A stretch of DNA of 64,000 nucleotides, from the NCBI GenBank assembly GCA_951406725.2, contig OX597837.1, positions 4,030,001-4,094,000 of the forward strand. Direction: 5' to 3'. The DNA is from Octopus vulgaris (lineage: Eukaryota). The translations under genes and the position numbers were made by a program. Below, piece after piece: positions 47,072-61,176 of the stretch (the first letter of the stretch is position 1; each line of letters opens with the position of its first letter). Below the pieces are notes generated by a model. The model was given only the letters and a program-made list of their open reading frames with translations, had not been told where the DNA came from and did not search any database.

Positions 47072-47360
47072 GGGAACCGAAAATTATATGAGAATGATCC
47101 CTGGCTTACCATCCCTGCAAGAAGTGCAAAAGATTGTCTTAACTGGTACATCACACGTATTGAGAAGAGCATTGTCGATGTGAGAACTGTTGCTGCTCAT
47201 GTATTTTAATTTAACTTAAAAAAAAAAAAAAAAAAAAAATGAACGAACTATTGAGTTTGGTTTAATGGCCTACCAATGTATGCTATGAGTTTCTTTGCCC
47301 TAGGAGTCGGGAGGACACTCGGCGAGAAATGGAAGCAAATTTGAAAGAAGAAAAAAAAAA

Positions 47361-47361
<1 letters not shown>
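47072..47361 (+). mobile_element. Short 3' fragment of a second Dong/R4-like family within (AAT)n
   Basis: IPGLPSLQEVQKIVLTGTSHVLRRALSM* parallels the IPGNPKMAEIQKIVLMGTAHILRKILSM* end. Different 3' UTR; (AAT)n on both sides. Confidence 0.8.
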
Positions 47362-47427
<66 letters not shown>

Positions 47428-48069
47428 GATTAATGATAATAAACAAAAATACAAACTTTACTGCAGTCAGCCTATACTCAGAGAGAGAAAGAGAGGGATT
47501 TGATTGATAGCTTTACTTTTCGGCCAAGTCTATAAATATAAAAAGCAAAGTTTTCCTCGGTGAAATTTGAACTCAAAGCTCAGAGAGCATCGCCGAATAT
47601 TGCATGGCATACTTTCCGACACTCCAGTAACTACAAGTTCGTCACCTATATTCTGTGTTTAAGATCAACAACAGATGTTTAAGATCAACAAACGAATGAT
47701 CGGTAATTTAGCTGTCGGGAAATTATCATTTGAGATGTGATTATTCTAAATTTCGGTGTGTGATAACGAATTAATGCGAAAAGAAATTTAAAGAAATTAA
47801 AAGATAAATAAAAACAACAATATATAGACGTCATGATTTGTCTGTCGTTATCAGGTTCTGTTTCAATCGAAGAAATGGCCATTTTATATTGATATATATG
47901 AAAATAATGCAGTGTTGTTCTTTTTCCACTCGTTGTTGTTGTTGTTGTTGTTCCTATTTAGTCGGTCAAACTTTGTTTTCCATTTGTTTTCCAATCTGGT
48001 GTGATTTCAGAGTTTTACGCTGCTCTTTCCAGGAAGATAAACTTAAATATATATATATACCTATACGTA

Positions 48070-48482
48070 TGCTCTTTTACTCTTTTACTTTTTCTTGTTT
48101 CAGTCATTTGACTGTGGCCATGCTGGAGCACCGCCTTTTTTAAATCGAGCAACTCGACCACGGGACTTATTCTTTTGTAAGCCCAGTACTTATTCTATCG
48201 GTCTCTTTTGCCGAACCGCTAAGTAACGGCGACATAAACACACCAGCATCGGTTGTCAAGCAATGCTAGGGGAACAAACACAGACACACAAACACACACA
48301 CGCATATATAAATACATACATATATACGACGGGCTTCTTTCAGTTTCCGTCTACCAAATCCACTCACAAAGCTTTGGTCGGCTCGAGGCTATAGTAGAAG
48401 ACACTTGCCCAAGGTGCCACGCAGTGGGACTGAACCCGGAACCATGTGATTTGTAAACAAGCTACTTACCACACAACCACTC
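48070..48482 (-). mobile_element. SINE family C
   Basis: Homologous to 34368-34760. Confidence 0.88.
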
Positions 48483-48895
48483 ATGATATGTATATATATA
48501 TATGTATATATGTATATATATATAAATATATGTATGTATATATGTATGTATATCGCTCTCTCTCTCTTTCTCTCTCATATATATATATATACATAACATA
48601 CAAACATATGTATGTATGTATGTATAAATGTATGTGTGTGTGCGTGTGTGCCCTGTACGTACGTATGCTTGTGTGTACGTATGTGTGTGTGTATATATAT
48701 ATATATATACACGCATATACAGGAGACTGTATTTGTGTGTGTATGTGTGTGTGTGTGTGTGCGTGTGTGTGTGTATTTGCATTTGCCCCCTGCGATCGTT
48801 TGTCCATGTTCCCGTGAATTAACGGTCTGCCATAAATGATCCATAAAATATTTATCGGACTTAGCTAAAGTGGTGCAAAAGCATGGCCACTGTCT

Positions 48896-49284
48896 GGGAT
48901 GGAAGCACACCGTCGGTTACGACGATGAGGCTTACGGTTGATCCGAATCAACGGAACAGCCTGCTCGTGAAATTAACGTGTAAGTGGCTGAGCAGTCCAC
49001 AGACACGTGTACCCTTAACGTAGTTCTCGGAGATATTTAGCGTGACACTGAGAGTGACAAGGCCGGCCCTTTGAAATACAGGTACAACAGAAACAGGAAG
49101 TAAGAGTGAGAGAAAGTTGTGGTGAAAGAGTACAGCAGGGATCACCACCATCCCCTGCTGGAGCCTCGTGCAGCTTTAGGTGTTTTCGCTCAATAAACAC
49201 TCACAACGCCCGGTCTGGGAATCGAAACCGCGATCCTATGACTGTGAGTCCGCTGCCCTAACCACTGGGCCATTGCGCCTCCAC
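48896..49284 (-). mobile_element. SINE family B, tail type 1, with 12-bp TSD
   Basis: TSD tggccactgtct at 48884-48895 and 49285-49296; full tRNA-like head. Confidence 0.92.
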
Positions 49285-50545
49285 TGGCCACTGTCTACTG
49301 ACTGAAGATTAAAACGTAGCAGTTCACTTGTCAACTGCGATACCTGTAACAAATTTATTTATTAAAATACACATTCGACTGATAAAGAGCGTACAATAAC
49401 GTTTAGATTGTATAAAGAAACATGTAACAGCAGTAGCTGTAATAATTTTTCCCCAGCCACAAAGTCAAAAGCATTTCTGAGACTGTAAATTTAAACAAGA
49501 GGAACAACAAAACATCGAGCAAGTGACGTTTTAATTGATTGGTCTAAAAGTTAAGATTTGATTAAGAGAAATGTGCTCACTTTGAAATCGCTAATCTCAA
49601 CTTGAAGACACTTGAGCTTACTTAGCATTACATATACTTCGTTGTTAAATGTTATTTTCCTGTTGAAATATTCGCAGTGCTATCTGCCCCATCATATAAT
49701 TAGTTCTAGTTAAAACTTTTAATTTTGATCTATCATAAATAAGTTAACACTAACTTAACTACACTACACAAAACTTCGTATATTTCTTAAGACTGGTAAT
49801 AATATAAATACTACTTGTATTATTTGTGAACGTGTTTTGCATAAGAAATTAACTATATTTGTAAATGTATTTTCATTTGGAATCTAATCACAAACTCACA
49901 AACAGACATTAAACAGTGAATATGTTATTTACTGACTTTCTTTCCACAACGTAAATATCCATTAGTATTCTTTTCTACTCTACAACAATCACCACTACCA
50001 CAACCGGAGATATTTTTGTCTATGCAAGATGTTTTTGTATATTGGTTGAATTAGGCTCTAACAGGGTCCATTCTTTTATTTTATATCAGACAATATGCAT
50101 TAACAATAATCCCGCTTTGTAGCCATATGCTTTTAATTCAGTGTCACTATGCGGCAACTTGGGCTAGTAGCTTCTACAATAGCCCCGGGCCGACTAACGT
50201 GTGAAAGTAATATTTAAATATATGTATATATATACATAGGTTAAATAAAACGATACAACAAAGCAAAAAGCAGTGTGAAGTTTCTACGACATTTCATAAA
50301 GAGGAGGGTAGTCTTGCAGCTGTTTCAGTGATATAAAAGATATCTCATCCTGAAAGACGATATGAAATAGTTAAATAGAAGGAAAAAGTACAGTTGAATA
50401 TATGAAGTTATTCTGGAAAGGGAGAGATTCAGGAAGTGTAAAAGGAAATATATGAATAAAATGCGTTGGATATTAAACTTGCTGTTCCAGTATCCTTCCG
50501 TACCACTTACATAGCCTTACCTACCTTTTGGATCTTCTAGATACC

Positions 50546-50628
<83 letters not shown>

Positions 50629-50637
50629 ATATATATG

Positions 50638-50795
50638 TATACGACGGGCTTTCAGTTTTCGTCTACCAAATCCAATCAAAAGGCTGCCGTCGGGCCGTGG
50701 CTATAGTAGAAGACGCCGATGGTGCCACGTAGTGGGACTGTACCCGGAACCATGTGGTTGAAAAGCAAGCTTTTTACAACACAGCGACTCCTGCG
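50638..50795 (-). mobile_element. SINE family C 5' half
   Basis: gacgggctttcagttttcgtctaccaaatcc...ggaaccatgtggttg...acacagcgactcctgcgc. Confidence 0.75.
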
Positions 50796-50829
50796 CGTAT
50801 ATATATATATATAGGTATATATATATATG

Positions 50830-50918
<89 letters not shown>

Positions 50919-51759
50919 AATATATGCATCTATATATATATATATACTATACACATAGTAAATTTAATGTTTATTTAATTTAGTGACTTTTGGAATAATA
51001 TTTATAATAATATATTTTTCTTCTATATAATATAGATAATGTCTTTCACTATTGAATTACTTAATAGAGGTTATTTGTCTTAATTATATATAATATATGC
51101 ATATACATATATATGCATATATATGTACGTATATACAGACGTCTGTGTGCGTATGCATATATGTATAAATATACAATAGCAAAACAATAAAAATAATAAA
51201 ATGAACGGCTGAATGAATACGACGCATGTATCTCTTACAAACTCAAGCTGCTACATATTTACAAATTTCCATTACATTATCATACAGTCCCAAGATAAAT
51301 GAATAACACCTTTGTCTACAATCCGTTGAAGGTTAGCAAATACGTGTTATTGTCACGGGAAATAATTGATTTAAAAGTTGTGAGCAATCACTTCGTTTCT
51401 TTGCGATGTTATATTCCTCGTTAGAGACTGTTACACATCTTCGAGCGATTCCTTTTAAAGGTTCGAGTTGAGTGTCTGAGAATATCGGCCGGATATATTT
51501 TTGATATTTCGCAATTAAATCGTACAAAATATAATTAGAGTAACCCGTCGCCATATCGCGATTCGCCTATCGCGGTTTATCATTTAAGCTCACGTCGATT
51601 TCTCGTGGTGTTGTTTTGCATTTATCATAAAATAAATATATACAAATTATAAAAAAATAATAAAAATATATACAGTACAGTGATATTTCTACTTTGCAGA
51701 TTTTCCCCTATCACGGGTTGATCTGGTACGTAACTCCAGCGATATCTTTTCTAACATTA

Positions 51760-51854
<95 letters not shown>

Positions 51855-51856
<2 letters not shown>

Positions 51857-52410
51857 GCCCTGATGCAGTACCAGGCAGTGGCTCTCATGGCTTCTGATCT
51901 TAACTGATTGGAAGTGTTATCATGAACATTGTTTTGTCTTGGTATAAAAGATGGGCTACAGCAAATATTCTGCTCAATACCACAGATTTGCTTGTCAGTT
52001 GTTTGACCGTAACCAGTTGAGCATGTCCCTTAGTGGCTGACGATATGTGCATCTCTGATCATGAGCAGAAGTAGTGGGGGAGCATCATAGCCATGTGTTG
52101 AGAGGGATTCTTTGGGGTTTGAATAATTCACCTCTGGAAACATGGGTGGTTCTTTCAACATCTTTAAACAACCCTTATTCAGGGACCTTTTGAGCGGGAT
52201 GGGCTACTCAACCTGAAGAAAATTCTAACTGGGCTCCACCTGCAAGGTCATGTGCTGTTTATCTTGATATGAGATCACCATATCGCGCACATATGGTTGT
52301 GATGCATGTGCCTGGTGTACCTTTATCAGACGGGTAGTCATGATGGGTATATTGGGCTTCGTATATTTTATCCCAGTGTCACTTTGATGGCATGCACTGC
52401 TCTCTCACTC
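51855..52410 (+). mobile_element. Non-coding ~555-bp element embedded in (AAT)n
   Basis: (AAT)n on both sides. The same start atgccctgatgcagtaccaggcagtggctctcatg recurs at 63940 after (AAT)n and, degraded, at ~62881-63090. Strand is assumed. Confidence 0.75.
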
Positions 52411-52417
52411 AGTAATA

Positions 52418-52507
<90 letters not shown>

Positions 52508-53341
52508 ATTATAATAATATTTATTATTATAACTATTATTATTATTATTATTATTATTGTTATTATGAACGAGATGAACCGGAATACCCTTACAATTAAA
52601 CTTTACAATTAACTTTACAATTAAACTTTACAAATACACTTTATGATTAAACTTTACAATTAAATTTATAAATACACTTTAGAATTAAACTTAAAACCAC
52701 CTCTAGTTTCGCTGCAATTCAAAACCGTGACCTTTCTTTCCGTTTCCTGCCTTTAAAATGAACATTCATACAAAAAGTAATACATATTTCATCGTTCCCG
52801 AATGGAGGAATAGCGAAGATGATCTCGATCGAATATCATCTCACAACGTAAGTCAGACAAAATGATGCTAAGTAATTCTGTCCAGTTTGCTAACGATTCT
52901 GTAAGTACGCCAACTCAAGAATATCTTCTTCCGAAGTTTATGAAGAACCAGATAGCATAAAATATACAACTATGTATCCGTGTTGTTATTTTGGCGTGAA
53001 TTCTACATCCCGATAAAACAATATCGCTTTTATCTTGTTTCTCCTCTCCAATAACATGCTTGGAATGTTCTGAAGTGAAGTGTTGGAAAAGACATCCTGA
53101 AATATTACATATTCACATAAGAGTCAACCGTAAATACGATAAAATTTCAAGGTATCGATAGCATATTCCATGTTCCCCTTACATATATCAAAACCATTCA
53201 TGCCTGACTGCACCGTATCGCAAAAGTTGCAGAAAATTATCCGACAGCACAAAGATAAAATTAAGCTTTCCAAACATGAATATATTATGTAATAGTTTAT
53301 ATATACATACACTTACGTATGCATGTATGTATGCATGCATG

Positions 53342-53460
<119 letters not shown>

Positions 53461-53506
53461 GTCCGAGTGTGTCTGCCTGTCTGTCTCTCTGCATATAAAA
53501 AATATG

Positions 53507-53750
53507 TTAGGTCGTCACGTATGAAATTTGTAGAAAAGAAAGAGAAGTTCGTTAATGTTTTATGAATTCAAGGAATAGTTTTATTTCATCAAAGTATGCA
53601 CCAATATTGTAAATACACTTTCGCCATTTCAGTGGTAGCTTGTTCACTCCGGAACTGTAAAAGCCTGTCAATCTAGAGTCAATAAAATCTTGTAAGGCCT
53701 GTTTTACAGCATCGTCGGAATTAAATCGTTCCACTTTCAAAGAGTTATCC
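53507..53750 (-). pseudogene. mariner transposase C-terminal fragment with TIR
   Basis: LDNSLKVERFNSDDAVKQALQDFIDSRLTGFYSSGVNKLPLKWRKCIYNIGAYFDE; TIR-like ttaggtcgtcacgtatgaaatt. Confidence 0.85.
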
Positions 53751-54438
53751 AAATTGGTGGAGGATATCGACTCCTTAATTGTTTTCCTAAAATGTACCAT
53801 AAATGTTCAATACTATTGAGATCTGAGGACTGTGGTGGCCAGAGAAGATGTTTAACTTCCCTAGAATGTTCCTCGTGCCATTCAGTAACAACTTTAGCTG
53901 TGCGAATTAGTGCTTTATCAACCTGAAAGATTGCATTTCCCTCCAGAAACAGTTTCGCAACCATAAGATGAATGAGATCATATAAAATGCTTAAATAGTC
54001 TTGACTATTAATTCTGTCATGAAGAGAAGCCATTAGGCCGACAGATTTCCCGGATATAGACACACTCAGATCATTCCAGATAATCCTGCATGTTTAACAG
54101 CTGGAAGAAGGCAATCTGGTTCAAATGATTCTTTTGGCTGTGTCCACAAATATACTCAGCTGGTGATCGGAAATAAGGTAGAGGAGGACTCGTCTGAGAA
54201 AATAACATTCTTCCACTGCTCTAGGGACCAATACTGTAGGCTTTTGCTCCACTTTAAACTCTTTGCAACGTTTGTTTTTGGAAGTAGTGGTTTTCTGATT
54301 GCAACCCTTCCGTGAAATCCGGCTTTGTGCAGTTCCCGGCGAACAGTTTTTTGTGGAAACTGGGTTCTCAAGGTGGTCATTAAACTCTGCTGTAATTTTG
54401 AGAGCTGTATATTTGTGATTCTTTCTAAAAATTCGATT
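53745..54438 (-). pseudogene. Tc1-family transposase fragment
   Basis: TVRRELHKAGFHGRVAIRKPLL..WKNVIFSDES; IFQVDKALIRTAK..WPPQSSDLNSIEHLW (decayed DD34E region). Confidence 0.88.
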
Positions 54439-54619
54439 CACATACATACATACATACATACATATATACATACATACATACATACATACATAAATAATTA
54501 TATGCGTACATGCATACATATATACATACACACATACATACGTCCACACGCATATACGTACATACATACATGCATACATACATATACACATTCATACATA
54601 CACACATACTTGGCCTGGA

Positions 54620-54937
54620 TCTCCGTCGGTTACGACGATGAATATTCCAGTTGTTTCGATCAACGGAACAGCCAGCTCGTGAAATTAACAGATTAAGGTG
54701 CAAGTCGCCGAGCACTACACAGACACGCGTATCCTTAACGTAGTTCTCGGGCAAATTCAGCTTGATAAAGTATGTGACAAAGCTGGACCTTTTGAGTAAT
54801 AAGTACAAATCATTTTTAACAGCTCAGTGGTCGAGAGAAACGTGAAAAAAGTGTCTTGCTGGACAACACAACGCGCTGCAGAGAATCGAACTCACGACGT
54901 TACGATCGTGAGCCAAATACTCTAAACATTAAACCAC
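54620..54937 (-). mobile_element. SINE with family B tail type 1, diverged
   Basis: ctccgtcggttacgacgatg...cgtagttctcgg...gaatcgaactcacgac. Confidence 0.7.
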
Positions 54938-55037
54938 GTATTTCTAACTACATCTATCCATCCATCCATCCATCTATCCATCCATCCATCCATCCATCCA
55001 TCCATAAAGACATACGTATGTGCATATACATACGTGC

Positions 55038-55075
<38 letters not shown>

Positions 55076-55094
55076 GCGCAGGAGTGGCTTGTGG

Positions 55095-55700
55095 TAACAT
55101 ACCTAAATCAATCATCAACCATCAGATAATAGCCCCCACTGCCAATACTTTATTAAACCATTACACGTCTCCGTCAAGCGGTTCGGCAGCAATAGACATT
55201 ATACATAAATATATTGCCGCACAAATATAACTAGACATATAATATATAATATAGAAAATATATATATACAAAATTGTAAGCAATCATATCAGATAATACC
55301 CACTCAATACTATTTTCAGGCATAATATATTACAAATATAACTAGACATATAAATAGAAATGTTACATTTAACCTATTAGCAGGTATGTTATAAAGCAGG
55401 TATAAATGAGACATTAACAAGAATTTCTCTCGGCCTCTTCAGAGAATTTAATGTAAGTATGAAAAAGATTTACATATAAATATAAAAATGTGTGCATAGA
55501 CACTCATAATTCTACACATATATATATACACAATAATACAATATAAACAGTATATATCAATATACATTAACAAACACAATAAACACAATAAAGTTCCATA
55601 TTGAACTCATAGTTCTATCAACCAACATCAGATAATACCCACTCAATACTTTATTAAACCATTACACAAGCAGCAATGACATTATACAGTCCAATCTATT
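55095..55700. repeat. Scrambled partial copies of the same Penelope-like family as the 11011-12157 palindrome
   Basis: catcagataatacccactcaatactttattaaaccattacac recurs about three times. gcaggtataaatgagacattaacaag...ggcctcttcagagaatt matches 11269-11321. Confidence 0.7.
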
Positions 55701-55844
55701 AAAACGTATAACCACACAAAAAGTCAATAAAATTGATATTAATATTAATAATAATAATAATAATAACAACAATGATTGTACCATGTAAAGCAAGCGGACA
55801 TCCACATATATGCTCAATAAGTCGAATTCATCTGTCCGCTATCT

Positions 55845-55898
<54 letters not shown>

Positions 55899-56053
55899 TA
55901 TCAGGTTTGTAAGGAAATAACTATAAAGCATTTTTAGAGAGTTATAGCAAAAATGGAAAAAAATATGGTAAATTTTTTTGAGAGTTAAAAAAGGATGGAG
56001 TTGCGTCCCTAGACAGTCTGTGGTTTGTTTTTTTATTCTCGACCCCATGTCGA

Positions 56054-56134
<81 letters not shown>

Positions 56135-56146
56135 TATATATATAAA

Positions 56147-56320
56147 GGGAAATTTTTACGAAAATAAACAAAAGACGAAGGCAGGTGAAGTACAAACAAA
56201 CAAATGTATTAGTATAGCGCTCAGGAATAGAAAAAGTCTTTTACGTTTCGAGCCTACGCTCTTCTACAGAAAGATACAGAGAAAAAAACAAGGAGAGAAA
56301 AAAAAGTGTGTAGGAGAACG
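56147..56320 (+). mobile_element. Family D repeat
   Basis: caaaagacgaaggcaggtg...acgtttcgagcctacgctcttctacagaaag; (TA)n on both sides. Confidence 0.85.
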
Positions 56321-56340
56321 TTTATATATATATATATATC

Positions 56341-56632
56341 ACACGTGATCACGTGACCGACCAGACCATCAGATGTTGCTACACATCGCTGGTCACAATG
56401 CGTTCACATTGTTTTAGCCTTCGAACGACGCCACCCCGCTGGCTAAGCGAGCAGGCCAACAGAAGAAAGAGTGGTGAATGAGTACAGCAGGGATCACCAC
56501 ACCCTGTCGGAGCCTCGTGGAGCTTTTAGGTGTTTTCGCTCAATAAACACACACAACACCCGGTCTGGGAATCGAAACCGCGATCCTCCGACCGCAAGTC
56601 GCTGCCCTAACCACTGGGCCATTGCGCCTCCA
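56341..56632 (-). mobile_element. SINE family B, tail type 2
   Basis: Reverse complement homologue of 8164-8458 with an intact B box. Confidence 0.88.
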
Positions 56633-57395
56633 CATATATATATGCCTTCCCCTCTCTCTCTCTCTTGCTCTCTCTGCCTCACCCTTCTCTCTAGCCGCGT
56701 GTCTTCCTCTATCTGTCTCTCTCTCTCTCTCCCACTCCTGCTCACTTTCGTCACTGCTAATCCTTTCGCCTGTTGCATTCAGGCCCTAAGGTCATGTTTC
56801 CCAGCGCTCGCCAGTTACCTTCTCGTCCCCGCCAGAACAAAGGCCTTCGTTCGTCTTTTTCGTTTGTTCTCTTGTTTATTTTGATTTCTCGTATTGTAAT
56901 TTAATTCTCGTTTTGTATTTTCTTGTACATGTATCTTTAATTTTGTATTATTTTTTTCTTGTATTTTTTTGTGCAGTTCTTTGTTACGTCCCTTTTTGTG
57001 TTACATTTTTTTCTTGCTCGTTTTACCCCTCTACGAGGTTATTTTATTTTAATTCTCTCGTAGGAAGGCCTTGCATGGACAGACGTGTTCTGTCTTGCCT
57101 TCGAAACACGCTATCTCTGCTACCGACAGTTGATGAAGGGGATTTTTTCTTGTGCAGCATGTCCTATACTTCGTTTTTCTGCTGTACATAATTGTTTTTC
57201 CCGTTTTCGTTTCGTCTTGTTCCACGTCTCTGTCCTTCTGTTGTAACAAAATGGCTTTTCCGTTTTCGTTTCTGTTGATTTTTACGTCTTCTTGTGGTGT
57301 CCTGTACGTATATATATTTATATATGCATGTATATATATATGTAGATGTCGGTACGTACATATATGTTTGTATGTATGCATATATTTTATTTATT

Positions 57396-57458
<63 letters not shown>

Positions 57459-57459
57459 T

Positions 57460-58660
57460 ACTAGCTGAAGGTGACCCGCGCGTAGAGCGGGTAAGAGTGT
57501 GGTTGTTACTTTCTGTTGCTTCCTTTCAGCACGTAAAAAGCACCATCCGAACGTGGCAGATTGCAGCGCCGCCTTGACTTGCTTCTGTGCCGGTGGCACG
57601 TAAAAAGCACCAACCGATCGTTGCCGCTGCGAGCCACCCTGGCACCTGTGCCGGCGGCACGAAAAAAGCCCCCACTACACTCACAGAGTGGTTGGCGTTA
57701 GGAAGGTCATCCACCTGTAGAAACACTGCCAGATCAGACTGGAGCCTGGTGCAGCCTCCTGGCTTCCCAGACCCCGGTCACACTGCCCAACCCGAGCTAG
57801 CACGGAAAACGGACGTTAAACGATGATGATGATGATGATTCTCCGTATTTGTTTCTCTCTCCTTTCTCTCTCGCTTTCCCACTCTCTTACTTTTCTTTTC
57901 TCTCGGACTCTCCCTCGCTTTCTTTTACTCTCTATCTTTATCTATCTCTCTCCCATTTATAAACAACAGAAGATCTTGAGTAAGTTGAGAAATAAAATAT
58001 TTAGAAAGATCAATCAGAAATATGAGGCCGTGGCAATGGAAAGGTTTGCTTCAAGGCAGACAGCAAAACGCTAACATTTAACAGGGACAGACGAACTTGC
58101 GAGCTGAATGAAAATAATAAAATATTCGAAACCAAAGTTTGAAGGGATAGAATCTGAGGATAATAGAGTCACCATGGCTGGCATTTCTTAACGACGGACA
58201 GCAATGTAGTGACAGTTTAACGGCTGGCGTAAAATTTTGAACTTGATGTAAAAGAAAATTCGTAAGCACCAAGTTTTGAAGTGATTCTTTCTCACGACAG
58301 TAGACTCACCATGGCAAGCATTCAAAACTTCTTCATCATGGACAGCAACACATTGACGATTAAAAGGCTGGCGCAAATTTTTTAGCTTGATGTAACAGAG
58401 AATTCCTAAACACCCGGTCCTTGAAATTTTAATACCCTTCCAGCCCCATTTAGACCCCTTTTCACATTTTGGTTAATATAACCCGATTTCATTCGGGTCT
58501 ACTGGGGCCACATTTTATAAGATGAGGAATTTTGTCCTAGAGGTGACGCCTTTCATCTGAGGAAAAGAATAGTTGTCATGCAAACTTGCCAGCACTTTTA
58601 ACATAGGTGTGCATATTTTCAGCTGAATCAACCGACTACGTAATGCACACATTATATATA
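57460..58660 (-). mobile_element. Non-autonomous Helitron-like element with a nested SINE fragment
   Basis: Minus-strand 3' end acccgctctacgcgcgggt (hairpin), then caccttcag-CTAG-t. Internal ~130-bp duplication at 58160-58410. The other end merges into (TA)n at ~58655. Confidence 0.6.
57525..57839 (+). mobile_element. SINE 3' part with (GAT)n tail
   Basis: Three gcacgtaaaaagcacc sub-repeats, then ttggcgttaggaaggtcatcca, ending ggacgttaaacgatgatgatgatg. Confidence 0.7.
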
Positions 58661-59076
58661 TATATGTGTATATATATGTGTGTGTGTGTGTGTGTGCACG
58701 CATTATATATACAAATGCATACAAATGAGATATATATCTGTATAAATTAAATTAGAGATAAAACCACTAATAGGCAAATCAAACAGTGAAAAACCAAAAA
58801 CAAAAACTTTAAAAAAATATAATATAGAAAATATATAAAATATAAAATTAAAGAATTTAAATTATTTAAATTGAAAATAAAAATTATTAAATTATATTTA
58901 TAATTTGTTTAAAAATATATATAACTATGAAAAAGTATGAAAAAGTTTAATATACATAAATACAGATGTATACACTTTGTATATGTACATTATATATACA
59001 TATTTATATATAGAACACACACACACACACACATATAAATGAACGCAAGAATATCTGATTCATAATATTTGTTCTC

Positions 59077-59137
<61 letters not shown>

Positions 59138-59152
59138 CATATACATATATAT

Positions 59153-59267
<115 letters not shown>

Positions 59268-59492
59268 TAAACGTTATTGAAAACTCCTAAAAGAAGGTGC
59301 TTTTCCCATTCATCAACCGAATTGAGTCTTGGCCAGAATAAATTGATGTCGTCTCATAATCATCGAGTGTTTCAGACGAGTATCGTGAAACAGAAATTTC
59401 CATAAATTACAAGTAACGAACTTGACTAGATTAAACATACCACCTGCTTACATTCCTTCGTAAACTCCTGAAAGCCTCCAATGCAAAAATGT

Positions 59493-59597
<105 letters not shown>

Positions 59598-60189
59598 TAT
59601 ATACATGTATATATACTTGCATATAAATATAAATAAATATATATATATATACTTGCATATAAATATAAATATATATATATATGTGTGTGTATATATATGT
59701 ATGAATGTATGTATGTATGTGTGTATATGAATGTACGTATGTATGTATGTACGAATGTATACGCGTATGTATGTATTTGTATATGAATGTATGTATATAT
59801 GCATGTATGTATATTTGATAGCTAGTTTATAGATGGAAAGAAACTAATTATGCCGCTGTCAAAATAAGAGATTCGAAGCAGGATTATACTTTCAATTCAC
59901 CTATTTTATTCCAGATAAATCAAACTAAAATTACAAGACTATTTTCAGGAAGACTCTGTGAAGCGTATGACTGACAAGGTCATTGCCCGAAACACTTTGC
60001 AATGGATCGTGAGATGCAGTACCTTACTACACACCTGTTAGTCTACCTACCTGCATGCAGTCGTACGTACGTACGTATGTGCCTACCTACCTACCTACTT
60101 ACGTTCGTACCTACCTATATACATACCTTTCTACCTACCTACCTACATATATACTTACCTACCGAACTACCTATCTACATTCATACATA

Positions 60190-60249
60190 TTTGTGTTTAT
60201 ATATATAATTAAATTATCCTGTATGTATCCCCGAGAATGTGTACACATG

Positions 60250-60281
<32 letters not shown>

Positions 60282-60317
60282 TATATAAATCTCTCTCTCT
60301 CTCCATATATATTATAT

Positions 60318-60356
<39 letters not shown>

Positions 60357-60379
60357 ATATATATATATATATATACGCG

Positions 60380-60411
<32 letters not shown>

Positions 60412-60535
60412 CGCGTATACGTCTAGATACTGTACTTATGCTTATATATATTCTAATATATGTGTGTGTGTGTGTGTGTGTGTTTATATATATAATTAAA
60501 TTATCCTGTATGTATCCCCGAGAATATGTGTACAC

Positions 60536-60574
<39 letters not shown>

Positions 60575-60638
60575 TATATAAATCTCTCTCTCTCTCTCTC
60601 CATATATATATATATATACAAATATATATATATGTATG

Positions 60639-60669
<31 letters not shown>

Positions 60670-60727
60670 GTATGTATATATATATATATATATATACATA
60701 TATATATAAATCTCTCTCTCTCTCTCT

Positions 60728-60823
<96 letters not shown>

Positions 60824-60958
60824 ATATATATATACATACGCGTATACGTCTACATACTGTACTTATGCTTATATATATTCTTATACATATATATGTGTGT
60901 GTGTGTGTGTTTATATATATAATTAAATTATCCTGTATGTATCCCCGAGAATATGTGT

Positions 60959-61011
<53 letters not shown>

Positions 61012-61131
61012 TATATAAATCTCTCTCTCTCTCTCTCCATATATATATATATACAATATATATATATATATGTGTGTATATATATATACATACGCGTATA
61101 CGTCTACATACTGTACTTATGCTTATATATA

Positions 61132-61140
<9 letters not shown>
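60190..61140. repeat. Three tandem ~290-420-bp units built of fixed anchors plus variable microsatellites
   Basis: Anchor tgtgtttatatatataattaaattatcctgtatgtatccccgagaat at ~60192, 60479 and 60906. Anchor acgcgtatacgtcta.atactgtacttatgc occurs three times. Confidence 0.9.

Positions 61141-61176
<36 letters not shown>

Noticed and set aside
51855-51910. Ribozyme at the 5' end of the AAT-embedded element
   Set aside because: CTGATG lacks the following A and a GAAA partner, and I could not fit an HDV-like pseudoknot by eye.
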